64,000 bases of DNA from a virus: positions 4,333-68,332 of the IMG/VR virus record IMGVR_UViG_3300010375_000019. The stretch is one strand, 5' to 3'. This document shows positions 28,567 through 38,482 of this stretch, piece after piece (the stretch's first letter is position 1; every line of letters begins with the position of its first letter). The position numbers and the translations under genes were made by a program. The notes beneath the pieces were generated by a model. It searched no databases. It saw nothing but the letters and a program-made list of their open reading frames with translations, and was not told the origin of the DNA.

Positions 28567-29234
28567 TTCAAAATTATTTCGTTGTCTTTATCGGTGTCGA
28601 TCAAAACATATTTATCGTCAGTGTCAACAATCATTTTTTTGATTGCATCAAAAGGTACAAGCATTAATTCCCTCCCATTGAATTGTGTGTGTATTTCAAC
28701 ACCGACAGGTATATTTGTTTTCAATGAGAAGTGTTCTTCAAGGTCCATTTCAACCATATTCTCATTGGGTATACCTTTCATGAATTCATCTTTTTTAATC
28801 AACCTGAATATTTGTTTCATAGATAATTGCTTTTCCTGCACCCGAAACCGTTCCTGCAAGTCCATCCTTTCTGATCCTTGTAGTAGCACTGCGTGGACTT
28901 CCTTTTTTTGTCGCAGCACTGTGTCCTGACCACCAAATGCCTTTTGGGTTTTACCATGTCCTCGCCTTCCTTGGTTATATTCATTTCAGTAAATTCTAAT
29001 GTCCGATAAAGGTATTTCTTCTTTGAGCCATTTGAATGCCAGCATTCTTAATTCAGGTTCAAGTTCAACAAAGTATTTAGGATCATCTATCCTCACATTC
29101 AGGATTACATTTTTACCGTTACGTTTATAAACTACCAGCCAAGTCATGGAATATTCGTTCTTATTATGAGTTCATCTATGTCGTTGAGCATCTCTTCCAG
29201 TTTGTCATCGGGTATCACGGGCGCGAACATCTTC

Positions 29235-29411
29235 TCAGCGTACTGCCTTGACTAGCCATTCTTCATCTAGCGGAATAGGTTCAACAATTTTAATGGCTGA
29301 ATAAATATTGCCTTTGCCCAATACTATTGAATCATATCCGATAAGCACCACAGGCAAAACAACGCTGTTGTTAGAAACAAGATTACCTATACGTAGTTCG
29401 TTGGCTTTCAT
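29235..29411 (-). pseudogene. Truncated paralog of 42884-43279
   Basis: MKANELRIGNLV...EPIPLDEEWLVK then an abrupt stop; lacks the FGF...VHQLQN C-terminal half. Confidence 0.55.
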
Positions 29412-29421
29412 GTGATATTTT

Positions 29422-29793
29422 TTATTCCACCATCGCCAAAGTATCGCTCTTCGATAGGATGTTCTTGACCTCATCTATGCCTATTTTCTCTACCAGTTCA
29501 TCGGGAAAGTCCACTTCAAATGATATTTCTGGTAATTTGAGACGTTTTTCAGGTGTTGATTCTAGACTATCAAATAATTGGATAAAATTCCACGCCACAT
29601 CTGGAAGTGGAGAATCAGTGGATGGAAAGGATGTTCCAAATCCCCAATCAATATTGCAATACACTTGGGCGTTGGGAGCAATTTCCATTACAGCCAATGC
29701 AATAGCACAATTCATTGATGCAAACATTATTTTTGAATTGCACATCATGCTCTTCCTGAGTATCTCCTTGGTTACCTTAATAGTTATTTTCAT
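29422..29793 (-). CDS. Hypothetical protein
   Basis: 123 aa, NCAIALA motif. Confidence 0.55.
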   Translation of the reverse strand: MKITIKVTKEILRKSMMCNSKIMFASMNCAIALAVMEIAPNAQVYCNIDWGFGTSFPSTDSPLPDVAWNFIQLFDSLESTPEKRLKLPEISFEVDFPDELVEKIGIDEVKNILSKSDTLAMVE

Positions 29794-29804
29794 AAAGTTT
29801 TGGT

Positions 29805-30137
29805 TTACATCCCGAAAATACTTCCCAGTTTTTGGGCGTTCTGTTCGGCCTTGACCAGTGCCACGGTCTTTTCGAATATCTCGTGCTGGTTCTCCGCCAG
29901 TTTGAGCATCAATTCCAGCCCTTTTATCTTTGTAAGGTCCAGATCAAGTTGCTGCTGCACGGTGAACCGGTTGGGGTTCAATATGCTCGCGCATTCCCTG
30001 AAGGAATGCTGTTCCTTCAATCCGACCAATACCTCCTTGAGGTATTCCATGTCCAGCGTCCTTGCGAGTTCGGCCATCGCCTTCACAGGCTTTGCCGCTT
30101 CAAGGCTTTTTTCGTAGGTGAGTTGTTCTGAGGTCAT
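29805..30137 (-). CDS. Hypothetical protein
   Basis: Coupled ORF. Confidence 0.55.
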   Translation of the reverse strand: MTSEQLTYEKSLEAAKPVKAMAELARTLDMEYLKEVLVGLKEQHSFRECASILNPNRFTVQQQLDLDLTKIKGLELMLKLAENQHEIFEKTVALVKAEQNAQKLGSIFGM

Positions 30138-30436
30138 TTGCTTTTGAGTTTGATTATCAATTTGTTCCTGTCCACTTCCATGTCATCCTTTGTTCTTAGG
30201 CCATGTTCACACGTCAGCCTATCCAATATCATATTGAAAAGGTGCTCATTCGCCTCTTTGTGCCTGCCGTGCTCCCAGTGGTCAAGCACCTGAACCGTCT
30301 CACCCTTGAAAAGCATCTGCACTGCAAGATTCACCTGCCTAGTGGAGTTTCCGTCTTGTCTGAAGTACGTCAGGTTCAACTTGTCCAAATCAGACTGGTC
30401 AAGGGTTGTCTTTGTTGGCTTGAGCATTATCATCAC
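30134..30436 (-). CDS. Hypothetical protein
   Basis: Coupled ORF. Confidence 0.55.
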   Translation of the reverse strand: MMIMLKPTKTTLDQSDLDKLNLTYFRQDGNSTRQVNLAVQMLFKGETVQVLDHWEHGRHKEANEHLFNMILDRLTCEHGLRTKDDMEVDRNKLIIKLKSK

Positions 30437-30687
30437 TAGAATTTTCCGTCCTTCCCGCGCCCCTTCACCTTCAGCACCTCCACATCCTCCTTCGTGAACC
30501 AGAAGTCCTGCTTCCCTTTCTCGTTGACACTGACATAGTCGTCCTTCGACTTGCCCTTCGCTATGCCGTACCTTCTTGGGCTCACACCTATCCTCTTCAA
30601 AACAACGCTCTTCGTGCTCCCGACCACCACCTCCGGCAGTTTTATGGCCACAAACACCTTCTTGTTACCTGTTTTTTTGCCTTTCAC
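30436..30687 (-). CDS. Small basic protein, first gene of the leftward operon
   Basis: GTG start; Lys/Val-rich. Confidence 0.5.
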   Translation of the reverse strand: MKGKKTGNKKVFVAIKLPEVVVGSTKSVVLKRIGVSPRRYGIAKGKSKDDYVSVNEKGKQDFWFTKEDVEVLKVKGRGKDGKF

Positions 30688-30752
30688 GACATAAACGTAT
30701 TACTTACCGTGGAATAGTGCAACATTTCCGTGATATTTATTTATCCACAAAC

Positions 30753-30783
30753 AAAAAAGGGCAGCCTTCCTCAAAGCTGCCCC
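30753..30783 (-). terminator. Intrinsic terminator
   Basis: gggcagc...gctgccc hairpin with a T-run on the minus strand. Confidence 0.6.
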
Positions 30784-31221
30784 AAACCAAACCTCACAAA
30801 CCAACCACCAAAATACCTCCTGTTTCAGCCATAAGCAAGCGTAAGCCATCTTTTTATCAAACCAAAGCCCAGTTTCAACCGATCCTTAACACATGCACAA
30901 GCCTTCTATAGCTGTTTTTGAAACATCAACTAGTACTGAGGGAATACAAACGTAGGGTTACTGGTAAATAACGATACCCGCGCGATCTAGGGGAAAACGC
31001 GATCCAAAGAAGCCCTCCCCACCTCATCAACCAGGCAAACAGGCCTTTTTTGTCATCCTACAAAGCTGAAGGAAGGAAAGCAAAAGGTGGAAATGCGATA
31101 CAATTGACGCTAAAAAACAGTCTTAATAATACTTATTATGTTAAATCAGCAATGTTGGCAGATAAAAATAGATAGCCCCTCCCCTACCCTACCGTGTTTT
31201 TAAAAGGTATTTTCGCGTTCA

Positions 31222-31845
31222 ATGGCTGTCAATACACGTGGAAGAAAGCGGCAAAAGCATTGTAAAAGGCTTGATTTGGGCAACGTGGCTACATTAGTAA
31301 ATCAATTGAGAGGGATTGTAGATGAGTTTAGGTATGTGAAACATGAGCACAAACCGCGTTTTGATGAGATGTTTTCCCGTAAGTTGTTTTGTTTGCTTTA
31401 TCTGTACGGTGTAGAGTCTGAACAGGGCTATTTTAGCGGAAGGGATGTTCACTATTTTTTTTTGAACAACCTGAATTGGGCCAAATCCTACTTTGAAAGG
31501 CTTGTTAGTGAGGGATGGATAACAAAGATTGAAATGGCCAAGGCCCGCACCCCTTATACTGGCATGCTCTCCCCGCTCTCCCTTGAGTTCATTTCACTGC
31601 TTAGGCGGAGGCTTGAAATGGTGGCCGATGAGATTGACCCGAATTTGCCAGTTGTTCCTGGGAAACAGAGCAAACACTACAAACAATGGCTTATAGACCA
31701 TCCCAATGGCAACCGACCTGATCCTAAACCTGATGCCGATGAGCCTATCCCCGCTACGGAGCCCAACAATGCTAAGGCGAGCGCTCCGATTGAGCCAAAT
31801 ATTGATAGTGACGACATTTTCACCGATCTATCCGATACACGGTAG
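31222..31845 (+). CDS. Winged-helix-like DNA-binding protein
   Basis: LFCLLYLY...YFERLVSEGWITK helix-wing pattern; Pro/acidic tail. Confidence 0.5.
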   Translation: MAVNTRGRKRQKHCKRLDLGNVATLVNQLRGIVDEFRYVKHEHKPRFDEMFSRKLFCLLYLYGVESEQGYFSGRDVHYFFLNNLNWAKSYFERLVSEGWITKIEMAKARTPYTGMLSPLSLEFISLLRRRLEMVADEIDPNLPVVPGKQSKHYKQWLIDHPNGNRPDPKPDADEPIPATEPNNAKASAPIEPNIDSDDIFTDLSDTR

Positions 31846-32199
31846 GGTTATTGGTTGTTTTTGTTGTTATTTGTAGTGATTTACGGAAAAATAAATTGGT
31901 AATTATGTGGCAGTTTGACCATAATTTTGCATATTTGCCTTGATGGCTTCCGAATTCAAGACCAAATTCAAGGAAATAAAAGACAGGCTCGCTGTGGATC
32001 GAAGCGACCACGCAGAAAATGATCGGTGAACTGGAGAAGGAATATCAGGATTACAATCTCTCCGTGTTTGTGCCCAAAAAGTATTTCGAGCACAAAGGAT
32101 ATTGCAAGGTGTCTTTCGGGTTCAGTCTAGACCGTACTCACGGGGGGGGATCGTAATAAAAGTTAATCTTCTGGTATCTCGGTATCTTGAAGGAACTCT

Positions 32200-32442
32200 T
32201 TAGCCCACGTAGCCGTAGTGATCCAATCCTTTGGCCAACCCGTACGGATCGGTTGAGATTATTTTCTTCACCCCATTAAGTTCGAACTCGAAAGTCAAGT
32301 TGTTGGCCGGGATTTTTATTCCCTCTCCAGCGATGACATAATCCATGTCCTTTCCACCACACACAAGTTCCTGTCCCTCCGAAGTGATGCGCACTTTCAA
32401 TTGTGTCCTGATTCTGAAATGTTCCTTTAAAACTGGGTTCAT
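32200..32442 (-). CDS. Hypothetical protein
   Basis: 80-aa ORF. Confidence 0.5.
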   Translation of the reverse strand: MNPVLKEHFRIRTQLKVRITSEGQELVCGGKDMDYVIAGEGIKIPANNLTFEFELNGVKKIISTDPYGLAKGLDHYGYVG

Positions 32443-32447
32443 TGTGA

Positions 32448-32855
32448 TTATTTTTTAGGCGATGGATTATAGAAAACATTGCAACCACGAAAAATCAATG
32501 ATTGGAGGGTAATTTGGTCGCCCAAGCTCCTTGAGTTATGCCTTATCCAATTGGTTTTACGGGTATCGTGTTCATCACAAACCCCTATTGATTTTATTTC
32601 TTTGTACAATATCCAGTTACGGAACTTATAACGCGTGGTTTTTACCATTATAGGTACTTTGAACGGTGCGACTAGCACTGAAACAAATACATTGAGCCAT
32701 CCGAAAGGGAACAACTTTTTCCTTTTCTCGAAATGCACTATTTGTGAATCACCGTCAGGGCATTCTTTCCAGTCATCACGAAAATTTATTCCGCGGTGGA
32801 GACGGTAAATGTACCCGTGGTTGATGATGTATTTCCCTAAGCGCATTTTGTTCAC
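32448..32855 (-). CDS. Hypothetical protein
   Basis: 135-aa ORF. Confidence 0.45.
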   Translation of the reverse strand: MNKMRLGKYIINHGYIYRLHRGINFRDDWKECPDGDSQIVHFEKRKKLFPFGWLNVFVSVLVAPFKVPIMVKTTRYKFRNWILYKEIKSIGVCDEHDTRKTNWIRHNSRSLGDQITLQSLIFRGCNVFYNPSPKK

Positions 32856-33070
32856 TTTTTCCGTGTTTCGAATGCTTTCCGCATCATTTTAGGCGCATAT
32901 GGTATCAGAGGCCATTTCCATGGTTTCGCCTTTGAATAAAGGCACAAGTTTTTCGGCTTTCTTTTTGGCAATGGATACCCTTTCCTCGAAAGAAAGATTT
33001 TTAGGCGTGGTTTTCATTGTATTGTTTGGTTTAATGGTATAAATATAGGCTTTTTTCACTCAACTATACA

Positions 33071-33125
33071 GAAAAATAATTTTCCTATATTGCTTGACTC
33101 ATATAACTACTTAGTTATATATTTG
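33071..33125 (+). promoter_or_regulatory. Promoter with palindromic operator
   Basis: AAAAATAATTTTCC, CTTGACT, ATATAACT-actt-AGTTATAT (33101-33120) overlapping TATATTTG. Confidence 0.65.
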
Positions 33126-33276
33126 AATCATCAAAGAAACAAAAACATTATCCTATGAAACAACTCATCCACAAAACCCAAAAAGCGGCCAAGCGGCTTA
33201 CCTTTATCGATGCCCTGTTATGGGGGCAAATGGCACTTACGGTTACTATTTTCTCAATCCTTAAATTATAAGGCGA

Positions 33277-33602
33277 TGGAAACAAAGAGAAAATACCTCG
33301 TTTGCGATTTGGGCAATTTTTACTTTATCAATGATAAGAAAGTTATGCAAATCGATCCAGAAAAAGCAGAAGTGACTAATTACGGTAAAGCTACTTTTGA
33401 TATTGTCCAAAAAGACACTTCTTTCACTATGATTAACAAAAGAAGGTTTTTGGAGGAACTATTAAATGCTCAAACAAAGCAAATCAATGACGTTGCAATT
33501 GAGCCTCAAGACCTTTACGGCTCATCCCTCTATTTATTCAGGCGCAAACCAAAAAATCGGATTTTATTTACCATGGGTTGGAAGCCTCCTATTTGGCATT
33601 GA
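33277..33602 (+). CDS. Hypothetical early protein (possibly chimeric)
   Basis: METKRKYLV...; its 3' end runs into a different broken gene. Confidence 0.4.
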
Positions 33603-33864
33603 ACGCAGCTGATATAACCCTTACCTTCAGGATCCATAGACCCACGGGGGCACGGAATTAAACCCAATACTTAAACCGTTTGAACACAGTAAACCAGCGA
33701 TGATTACCGCTAAGGCGATAGGAACATTGGTTCCTCTGGTGTTGCTACGCCAATTGAGAAAGGACAACCCGAAACTTGCGTTTGCCAGTTTGATAGTGCT
33801 TAACGCTGGCTATTCGTACGTGGGTTGGCACAATTACCAAGTTACAGTCCAGTTCCGATTTTAA
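33575..33864 (+). pseudogene. Frameshifted DUF5658-like membrane protein fragment
   Basis: ALNAADITLT in one frame; GTELNPILKP...LNAGYSYVGWHNY in another. Confidence 0.5.
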
Positions 33865-33869
33865 GGGCC

Positions 33870-33896
33870 GCCAGTAAAACGGCCCGTGGCATTTTG
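33870..33896 (+). repeat. 27-bp direct repeat, copy 1
   Basis: gccagtaaaacggcccgtggcattttg, identical at 38091-38117. Confidence 0.85.
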
Positions 33897-33913
33897 GTTT
33901 AGGCGCAGCCCGA

Positions 33914-34384
33914 TCACCTCACCACATTGAAGTCATTGAAAATATTGTCATCACTTTCACTTCCAACATCCACCTGTTCCTCGGGAGGCTTTTCAAAAGC
34001 CTCCTTTTCTTTTTCAGGTGCATGGCCATTCGATTGCACGCTAGGCAAAACAGAATCCAGCCTTTCAACTCCAGGTAAATCCAGCAAGTCGAGTAAATCC
34101 GGCTTTTCTTGAAACATGCGTTTAACTTCGTCAGTAACCAGTTGCACCCCTGGCTGCCCGTGCGTCATCATCACATCGAAGAAACCGTTCCCGAACAGAT
34201 CCTTGGCACGCAGGTTCAGGTGCCAGCACATGAAGATCATCTCGTTGGGGTAAAGCCTTCCGAGCCTGGCCCGAACTGAGAACGCTTTATGGTTGCAATG
34301 CAGGTATTTGGTGCAGTAGTCATTTAGCGAAAGCCCCGTTGCTTTAAAGACCATCTCGTAAATCCTGCTTTTTTTTAATTTCAT
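33914..34384 (-). CDS. Putative HTH repressor-like protein
   Basis: N-terminal XRE-like helical pattern (GLSLNDYC...LNLRAKDLFG), divergent from an operator-bearing promoter. Confidence 0.5.
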   Translation of the reverse strand: MKLKKSRIYEMVFKATGLSLNDYCTKYLHCNHKAFSVRARLGRLYPNEMIFMCWHLNLRAKDLFGNGFFDVMMTHGQPGVQLVTDEVKRMFQEKPDLLDLLDLPGVERLDSVLPSVQSNGHAPEKEKEAFEKPPEEQVDVGSESDDNIFNDFNVVR

Positions 34385-34417
34385 ACGGACAAATATAATC
34401 CCATTTTGTTGAATAGC

Positions 34418-34471
34418 GGAAAAATAATTTTCCACAAACACTTGACTTGAATAACTTATGAGTTATATTTG
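34418..34471 (+). promoter_or_regulatory. Promoter with palindromic operator
   Basis: AAAAATAATTTTCC, CTTGACT, ATAACT-tatg-AGTTAT (34451-34466) overlapping TATATTTG. Confidence 0.65.
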
Positions 34472-34474
34472 GAC

Positions 34475-34621
34475 ATGAAAAAGACGCAACTGGAACAAAT
34501 CGACAAACAGATTGAAACACTTGATGGCACTATAGCTGGATTAAAAAAAAGGCTTGCTGATTTGAGGAAAAGAAGGAAACTGATCGCCCAGTTGGAGGAA
34601 CTTGACAGGAACAAAAAATGA
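34475..34621 (+). CDS. Small coiled-coil protein (48 aa, not in ORF track)
   Basis: MKKTQLEQIDKQIETLDGTIAGLKKRLADLRKRRKL...; first ORF after the promoter. Confidence 0.55.
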   Translation: MKKTQLEQIDKQIETLDGTIAGLKKRLADLRKRRKLIAQLEELDRNKK

Positions 34622-35019
34622 TATTGAAGACTATCAAAGATCGCTGTTTCAAAGCAGCAAGCATTGCTAAGCCTAAGCAGATAACGTTAACGGCAATGTA
34701 TTTTGAGAGCAATTCGGTAGTATATAATCTGTTTGAGCTTGGGGAGCCCGCTATGGGGGAAGACAGATGGGATATGGGTAGAAGTCCCCGATTTAAAGTA
34801 GCCAGAGCTACCGACTTTGTAAAAACTGATCTTATGGCAAAATGTAAAAACATAAAATGTCGCAAGGAATTGAAAAAAGGACAGACTAACTATTGCAGCC
34901 GCGCTTGCAGGAATGAATACATAAACAGGCCAAAGCCAAAGTTCAAACGGAGCGATGATTCTTTGCTGGGGGCTGGTATTACAGGCAGAGGGATGTTTGA
35001 CCATGAAGGCAACGATTAA
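34618..35019 (+). CDS. Zn-finger-containing protein
   Basis: C-terminal CKNIKC...YCSRAC. Confidence 0.45.
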   Translation: MILKTIKDRCFKAASIAKPKQITLTAMYFESNSVVYNLFELGEPAMGEDRWDMGRSPRFKVARATDFVKTDLMAKCKNIKCRKELKKGQTNYCSRACRNEYINRPKPKFKRSDDSLLGAGITGRGMFDHEGND

Positions 35020-35033
35020 CATTCACTGATTTT

Positions 35034-35243
35034 ATGGACAACATAGAAAAACAGTTCTTCAAGATAATCACGGGCTATGATTATGATCCAGAAAGCCCAC
35101 ACATGACTTTAGTGAATGATAAAATAATTCCGATCCGTGAAGAGGATATTAGAATTGCCCAAGCCTGCGCCCGTAAATACGAGGAAGGATTGAGAGAGGC
35201 TTGGAGAGATGGATATGACGCTGGTTATGGAAGAGAAGGATAA
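35034..35243 (+). CDS. Hypothetical protein
   Basis: Has a short paralog at 36947-37069. Confidence 0.5.
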   Translation: MDNIEKQFFKIITGYDYDPESPHMTLVNDKIIPIREEDIRIAQACARKYEEGLREAWRDGYDAGYGREG

Positions 35244-35378
35244 AAGTCTATAGAGAACTACAGTCAAAAGAAATTGAAGGAACAATAGCGTATGCGAATG
35301 GTGAGTTGTTGATAAGCGAACTGACTATACTGAAAGATCAAGAGATCGATGAAGTAACACCCCTTAAATGACAAAGCA

Positions 35379-35642
35379 ATGGAATGGATAAGCGTAAATA
35401 AGAAATTACCAGCAATTGGAGTAGAAGTAATAGGATATTCTAGAAAATGGATTCACTCTGACTTCAATTCAAATGGAATAAGAATATGCTTTCTTGGCAT
35501 AGATGACGAGTGGTCATCAGCAAAATGGGATAACGATCAAGACTCATGGCATACCCACGCAAAATGGAGATGTGAAAATCCAGAAAAAGATGATTTTACA
35601 CCAACTCATTGGCAAAACTTGCCTAAGCCACCTAAACCCTGA
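35379..35642 (+). CDS. DUF551 family protein
   Basis: MEWISV..KLP ... PTHWQNLPKPP. Confidence 0.85.
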   Translation: MEWISVNKKLPAIGVEVIGYSRKWIHSDFNSNGIRICFLGIDDEWSSAKWDNDQDSWHTHAKWRCENPEKDDFTPTHWQNLPKPPKP

Positions 35643-35645
35643 CCT

Positions 35646-35918
35646 ATGGAAGAAACAAAGAAAAACCCATGCCCTGAATTCCCGCATTTTGGGGCTCATT
35701 ATCCAGATGCTTGCTGTATCGATGGATTTCTTTGGGATTTGGACAGTTGTGATTCTTCAAATGATAATGGAACGGTTGTTCTTACGTATGGAGGTGAAGA
35801 CCCCTGTCCATTTTGCAATACCGAAGCTTATCTGGAATGGGTTGTAGATGAAGAAAATTCACGCGAGGATGTTTTGAAATACATTGAACAATTAAAAGAA
35901 AGATATGGGGCAAGCTAA
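35646..35918 (+). CDS. Cys-rich hypothetical protein
   Basis: CPEFP.FGA.YPDA.CIDG.LWDLD...PCPFCN. Confidence 0.6.
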   Translation: MEETKKNPCPEFPHFGAHYPDACCIDGFLWDLDSCDSSNDNGTVVLTYGGEDPCPFCNTEAYLEWVVDEENSREDVLKYIEQLKERYGAS

Positions 35919-36133
35919 AAAACTTAAAGCCATCTCCTTGGTAAAGCAAACAATGAAAACAGAATAGATATGAAAATACTACACCCAAGAGATTTTATCA
36001 AACTGTTAACTAAGCAAGAAATAACCGATGAAAATGAGTCCGATGATTGTGATCTAACTTGGACACAAGTGGAAGATTTATTAGCAGCATACGCACAAGT
36101 AATAATTGATTCCATTCCCAAAGAAGCAAAGAA

Positions 36134-36337
36134 ATGAAGACAAAAAAGACAGTGATATACGAATGGATTTGCCCAGTATGTGGATGTATCAATTCAACTT
36201 CATCCAAGGGCATTGGATTGTGTAAAAGATGCCAATGCAATGCTGCTAATTATGATTTTTGCGAAGAGCTTTACATACAGGATCCAAATATTTTGAACTC
36301 GGTATGCAATTGCCCTCTGACGATTCAGGGTTTATGA
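36134..36337 (+). CDS. Small Zn-ribbon protein
   Basis: WICPVCG..N, CKRC. Confidence 0.5.
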   Translation: MKTKKTVIYEWICPVCGCINSTSSKGIGLCKRCQCNAANYDFCEELYIQDPNILNSVCNCPLTIQGL

Positions 36338-37154
36338 AAAAAGTGCATCAACAAGAAAAAGAAATTGCCTTAAAAAGAAAAAATAGGTATGAAAAACCCC
36401 AAACTCCAATTCGACAGCAAATGGTTCGTGATAGACGCGCCTGAGATAATTGATAGAACTAGTCCTAAAATTAAAGGACCAGTTTTAACAGAGATGGGGG
36501 ATACGAGAGCAATACCAAGAAGCCCTCTCCAAAGCCCCACGATGGGAGGTGAAGAACCAAGAAACAGTAAAGATATTAATCTGGAAACAATATTATGAAC
36601 TTATAGATGAAGAAGGCGGATGGAGATACTGGAATCCAGACCCAACAAAGCTGTATGATATACCTAAAGATTGGAAAGTCGAGATAATAGATAATAGTTT
36701 TCATCAAGAAGAAAAAGTAGCCATCCTCATCCCTGAAGAATAGGTGAAGGAATAGAATAATTCATTTCTTACTTTTTAAATTAATTTTATGCATAAAGAA
36801 TTGAACAAAGAAAAGATCGATAAAATAAAAGCTAAGTCTGATAAAGTAAGCAACTATCATAGACAATTAGATAAATTATTAGGATTGCGTCCTTTGATTT
36901 ACGATAAAACCGATTTGAATTTTAAAAAATCTAAAAGAAAATAAAAATGGAATTATCTAAATTAGAAAAACAAATATTTAAAGTAATGACAGGATTAGAT
37001 TACTCTGATGATAATCCCATCATTTTAATTCCTCATATTGAATATGCAAAAACATTAGGCGGGTTTTAGGGATAAAGTTCCCGACCTGTAGCGTAAGGGG
37101 AGGCCGCGTGAGAGCCGCCCAATTTTAAACCCAAAAAACTTTAAACCAAATTTT

Positions 37155-37880
37155 ATGAAAATCACTTTCAGGATAACCAAAGAACACCTTGACAAAGACA
37201 ATTTTTACCAAGGGGAACAATCGTTAGAGAATTTTGACGGCAATTTGGAGGCCGATGAATCACTGGGATATGTGCGGTTTAAAAAATCATTAATCGTATC
37301 TGGGTATATTTCATTCAAGGCAGGTTCGGGCATCAAGGCAGGTGAGGGCATCAAGGCAGGTTCGGGCATCGAGGCAGGTGAGGGCATCGAGGCAGGTTCG
37401 GGCATCGAGGCAGGTGAGGGCATCGAGGCAGGTTCGGGCATCAAGGCAGGTTCGGGCATCAAGGCAGGTTCGGGCATCGAGGCAGGTGATGCATCGAGGC
37501 AGGTTGGGGCATCAAGGCAGGTTCGGGCATCGAGGCAGGTGAGGGCATCAAGGCAGCTTGGGGCCATCAAGGCAGCTTAGGGCATCGAGGCAGGTGAGGG
37601 CATCGAGGCATCATTTGTTTTTTCGTTCTCATTCTCTATTGAATGCAAAAAAATGATAACCTATAAACTTCCGTTTTTGAGGAAATACTATTCCAGAATC
37701 CAAGGAATGGAGGAATTTAAGCCCATCATAGAAAACGAAAACAAGTGCTGGGAAAATATCCGATATAAGCTTAAACCAAAATCAGATTACATACTTTCAT
37801 TGTCGTGGCATCCGCACATTAAGGCACAAATCAAAATGTTCCTTCAAGTGGAGAAAGAAATAGACGGATCAGAACTTTAA
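37155..37880 (+). pseudogene. GI(K/E)AG(S/E) hexapeptide-repeat protein, disrupted
   Basis: ORFs 37155-37580 and 37653-37880 are in the same frame; compensating -1/+1 indels and a TAG lie inside the repeat. Confidence 0.65.
37316..37610 (+). repeat. 18-bp coding tandem repeat, about 16 units
   Basis: ggcatc(a/g)aggcaggt(tcg/gag/tgg). Confidence 0.95.
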
Positions 37881-38090
37881 CACTTCAAACCGATAACAAA
37901 CATGGATAACAAAATAACAAAATATCAAGTAACATTAGGCGAATCGGAGTCTTTGCGAGCCTTCGCCATAATAAGCAAATCAAAACCGCAGCAATTATTT
38001 TTGGTGCCTGTCTACATTGCTGGGAGTTTGGTGATTTTAAAAGTTCAAAACAAACTTTTGAAAAACCTATAAAACCGTGATAAAAGTCGA

Positions 38091-38117
38091 GCCAGTAAAA
38101 CGGCCCGTGGCATTTTG
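38091..38117 (+). repeat. 27-bp direct repeat, copy 2
   Basis: Identical to 33870-33896. Confidence 0.85.
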
Positions 38118-38274
38118 ATGACAGAATCACATTTGAAGCAGCTCAACTCCCCGGAACTATTGGAGGCAATTTCACCGATTGTTGAATTGGATCCGACCAA
38201 AGAATGGATGGATTATGGACATTGATAAAATCAGCAGAATAATTTTGAAAGCCAAAGGACAAAACAACTGAATT

Positions 38275-38478
38275 ATGACCTACGAACGACTGATAGAGGA
38301 ATTCAAAAAAGCACGGCAGTCCAAAGGCCTGAGCAGCCAGGATGTGGCAGGCCCCAACAACTGCCAAGTGTATTCCTTCGAAAAGAAAAAGCGCTTCATT
38401 AAGGCGACCACCCTCATGGAATGGCTGGACAAGATGGGGCTGACGTTGAAGATTGTGAAACAGAAAACCAAAAAATAA
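38275..38478 (+). CDS. XRE-family HTH protein
   Basis: KKARQSKGLSSQDVA...YSFEK...TTL..WLD.MGL. Confidence 0.75.
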   Translation: MTYERLIEEFKKARQSKGLSSQDVAGPNNCQVYSFEKKKRFIKATTLMEWLDKMGLTLKIVKQKTKK

Positions 38479-38482
38479 AATC

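Noticed and set aside
30784-30822. GGTTT-rich run on the minus strand as a second guide array
   Set aside because: Only two or three units in 5-nt phase and no variable dinucleotides
30900-31220. Non-coding strand-switch region as origin or genome terminus
   Set aside because: No iterons or terminal repeat identifiable from this window alone
37578-37580. In-frame TAG as evidence of stop-codon reassignment
   Set aside because: TAG ends normal genes elsewhere (2293, 31845, 43645), long genes have no internal TAG and no suppressor tRNA was seen
37316-37610. 18-bp repeats as a CRISPR array or DGR template
   Set aside because: Contiguous coding repeats with no spacers; no reverse transcriptase or template/variable pair seen
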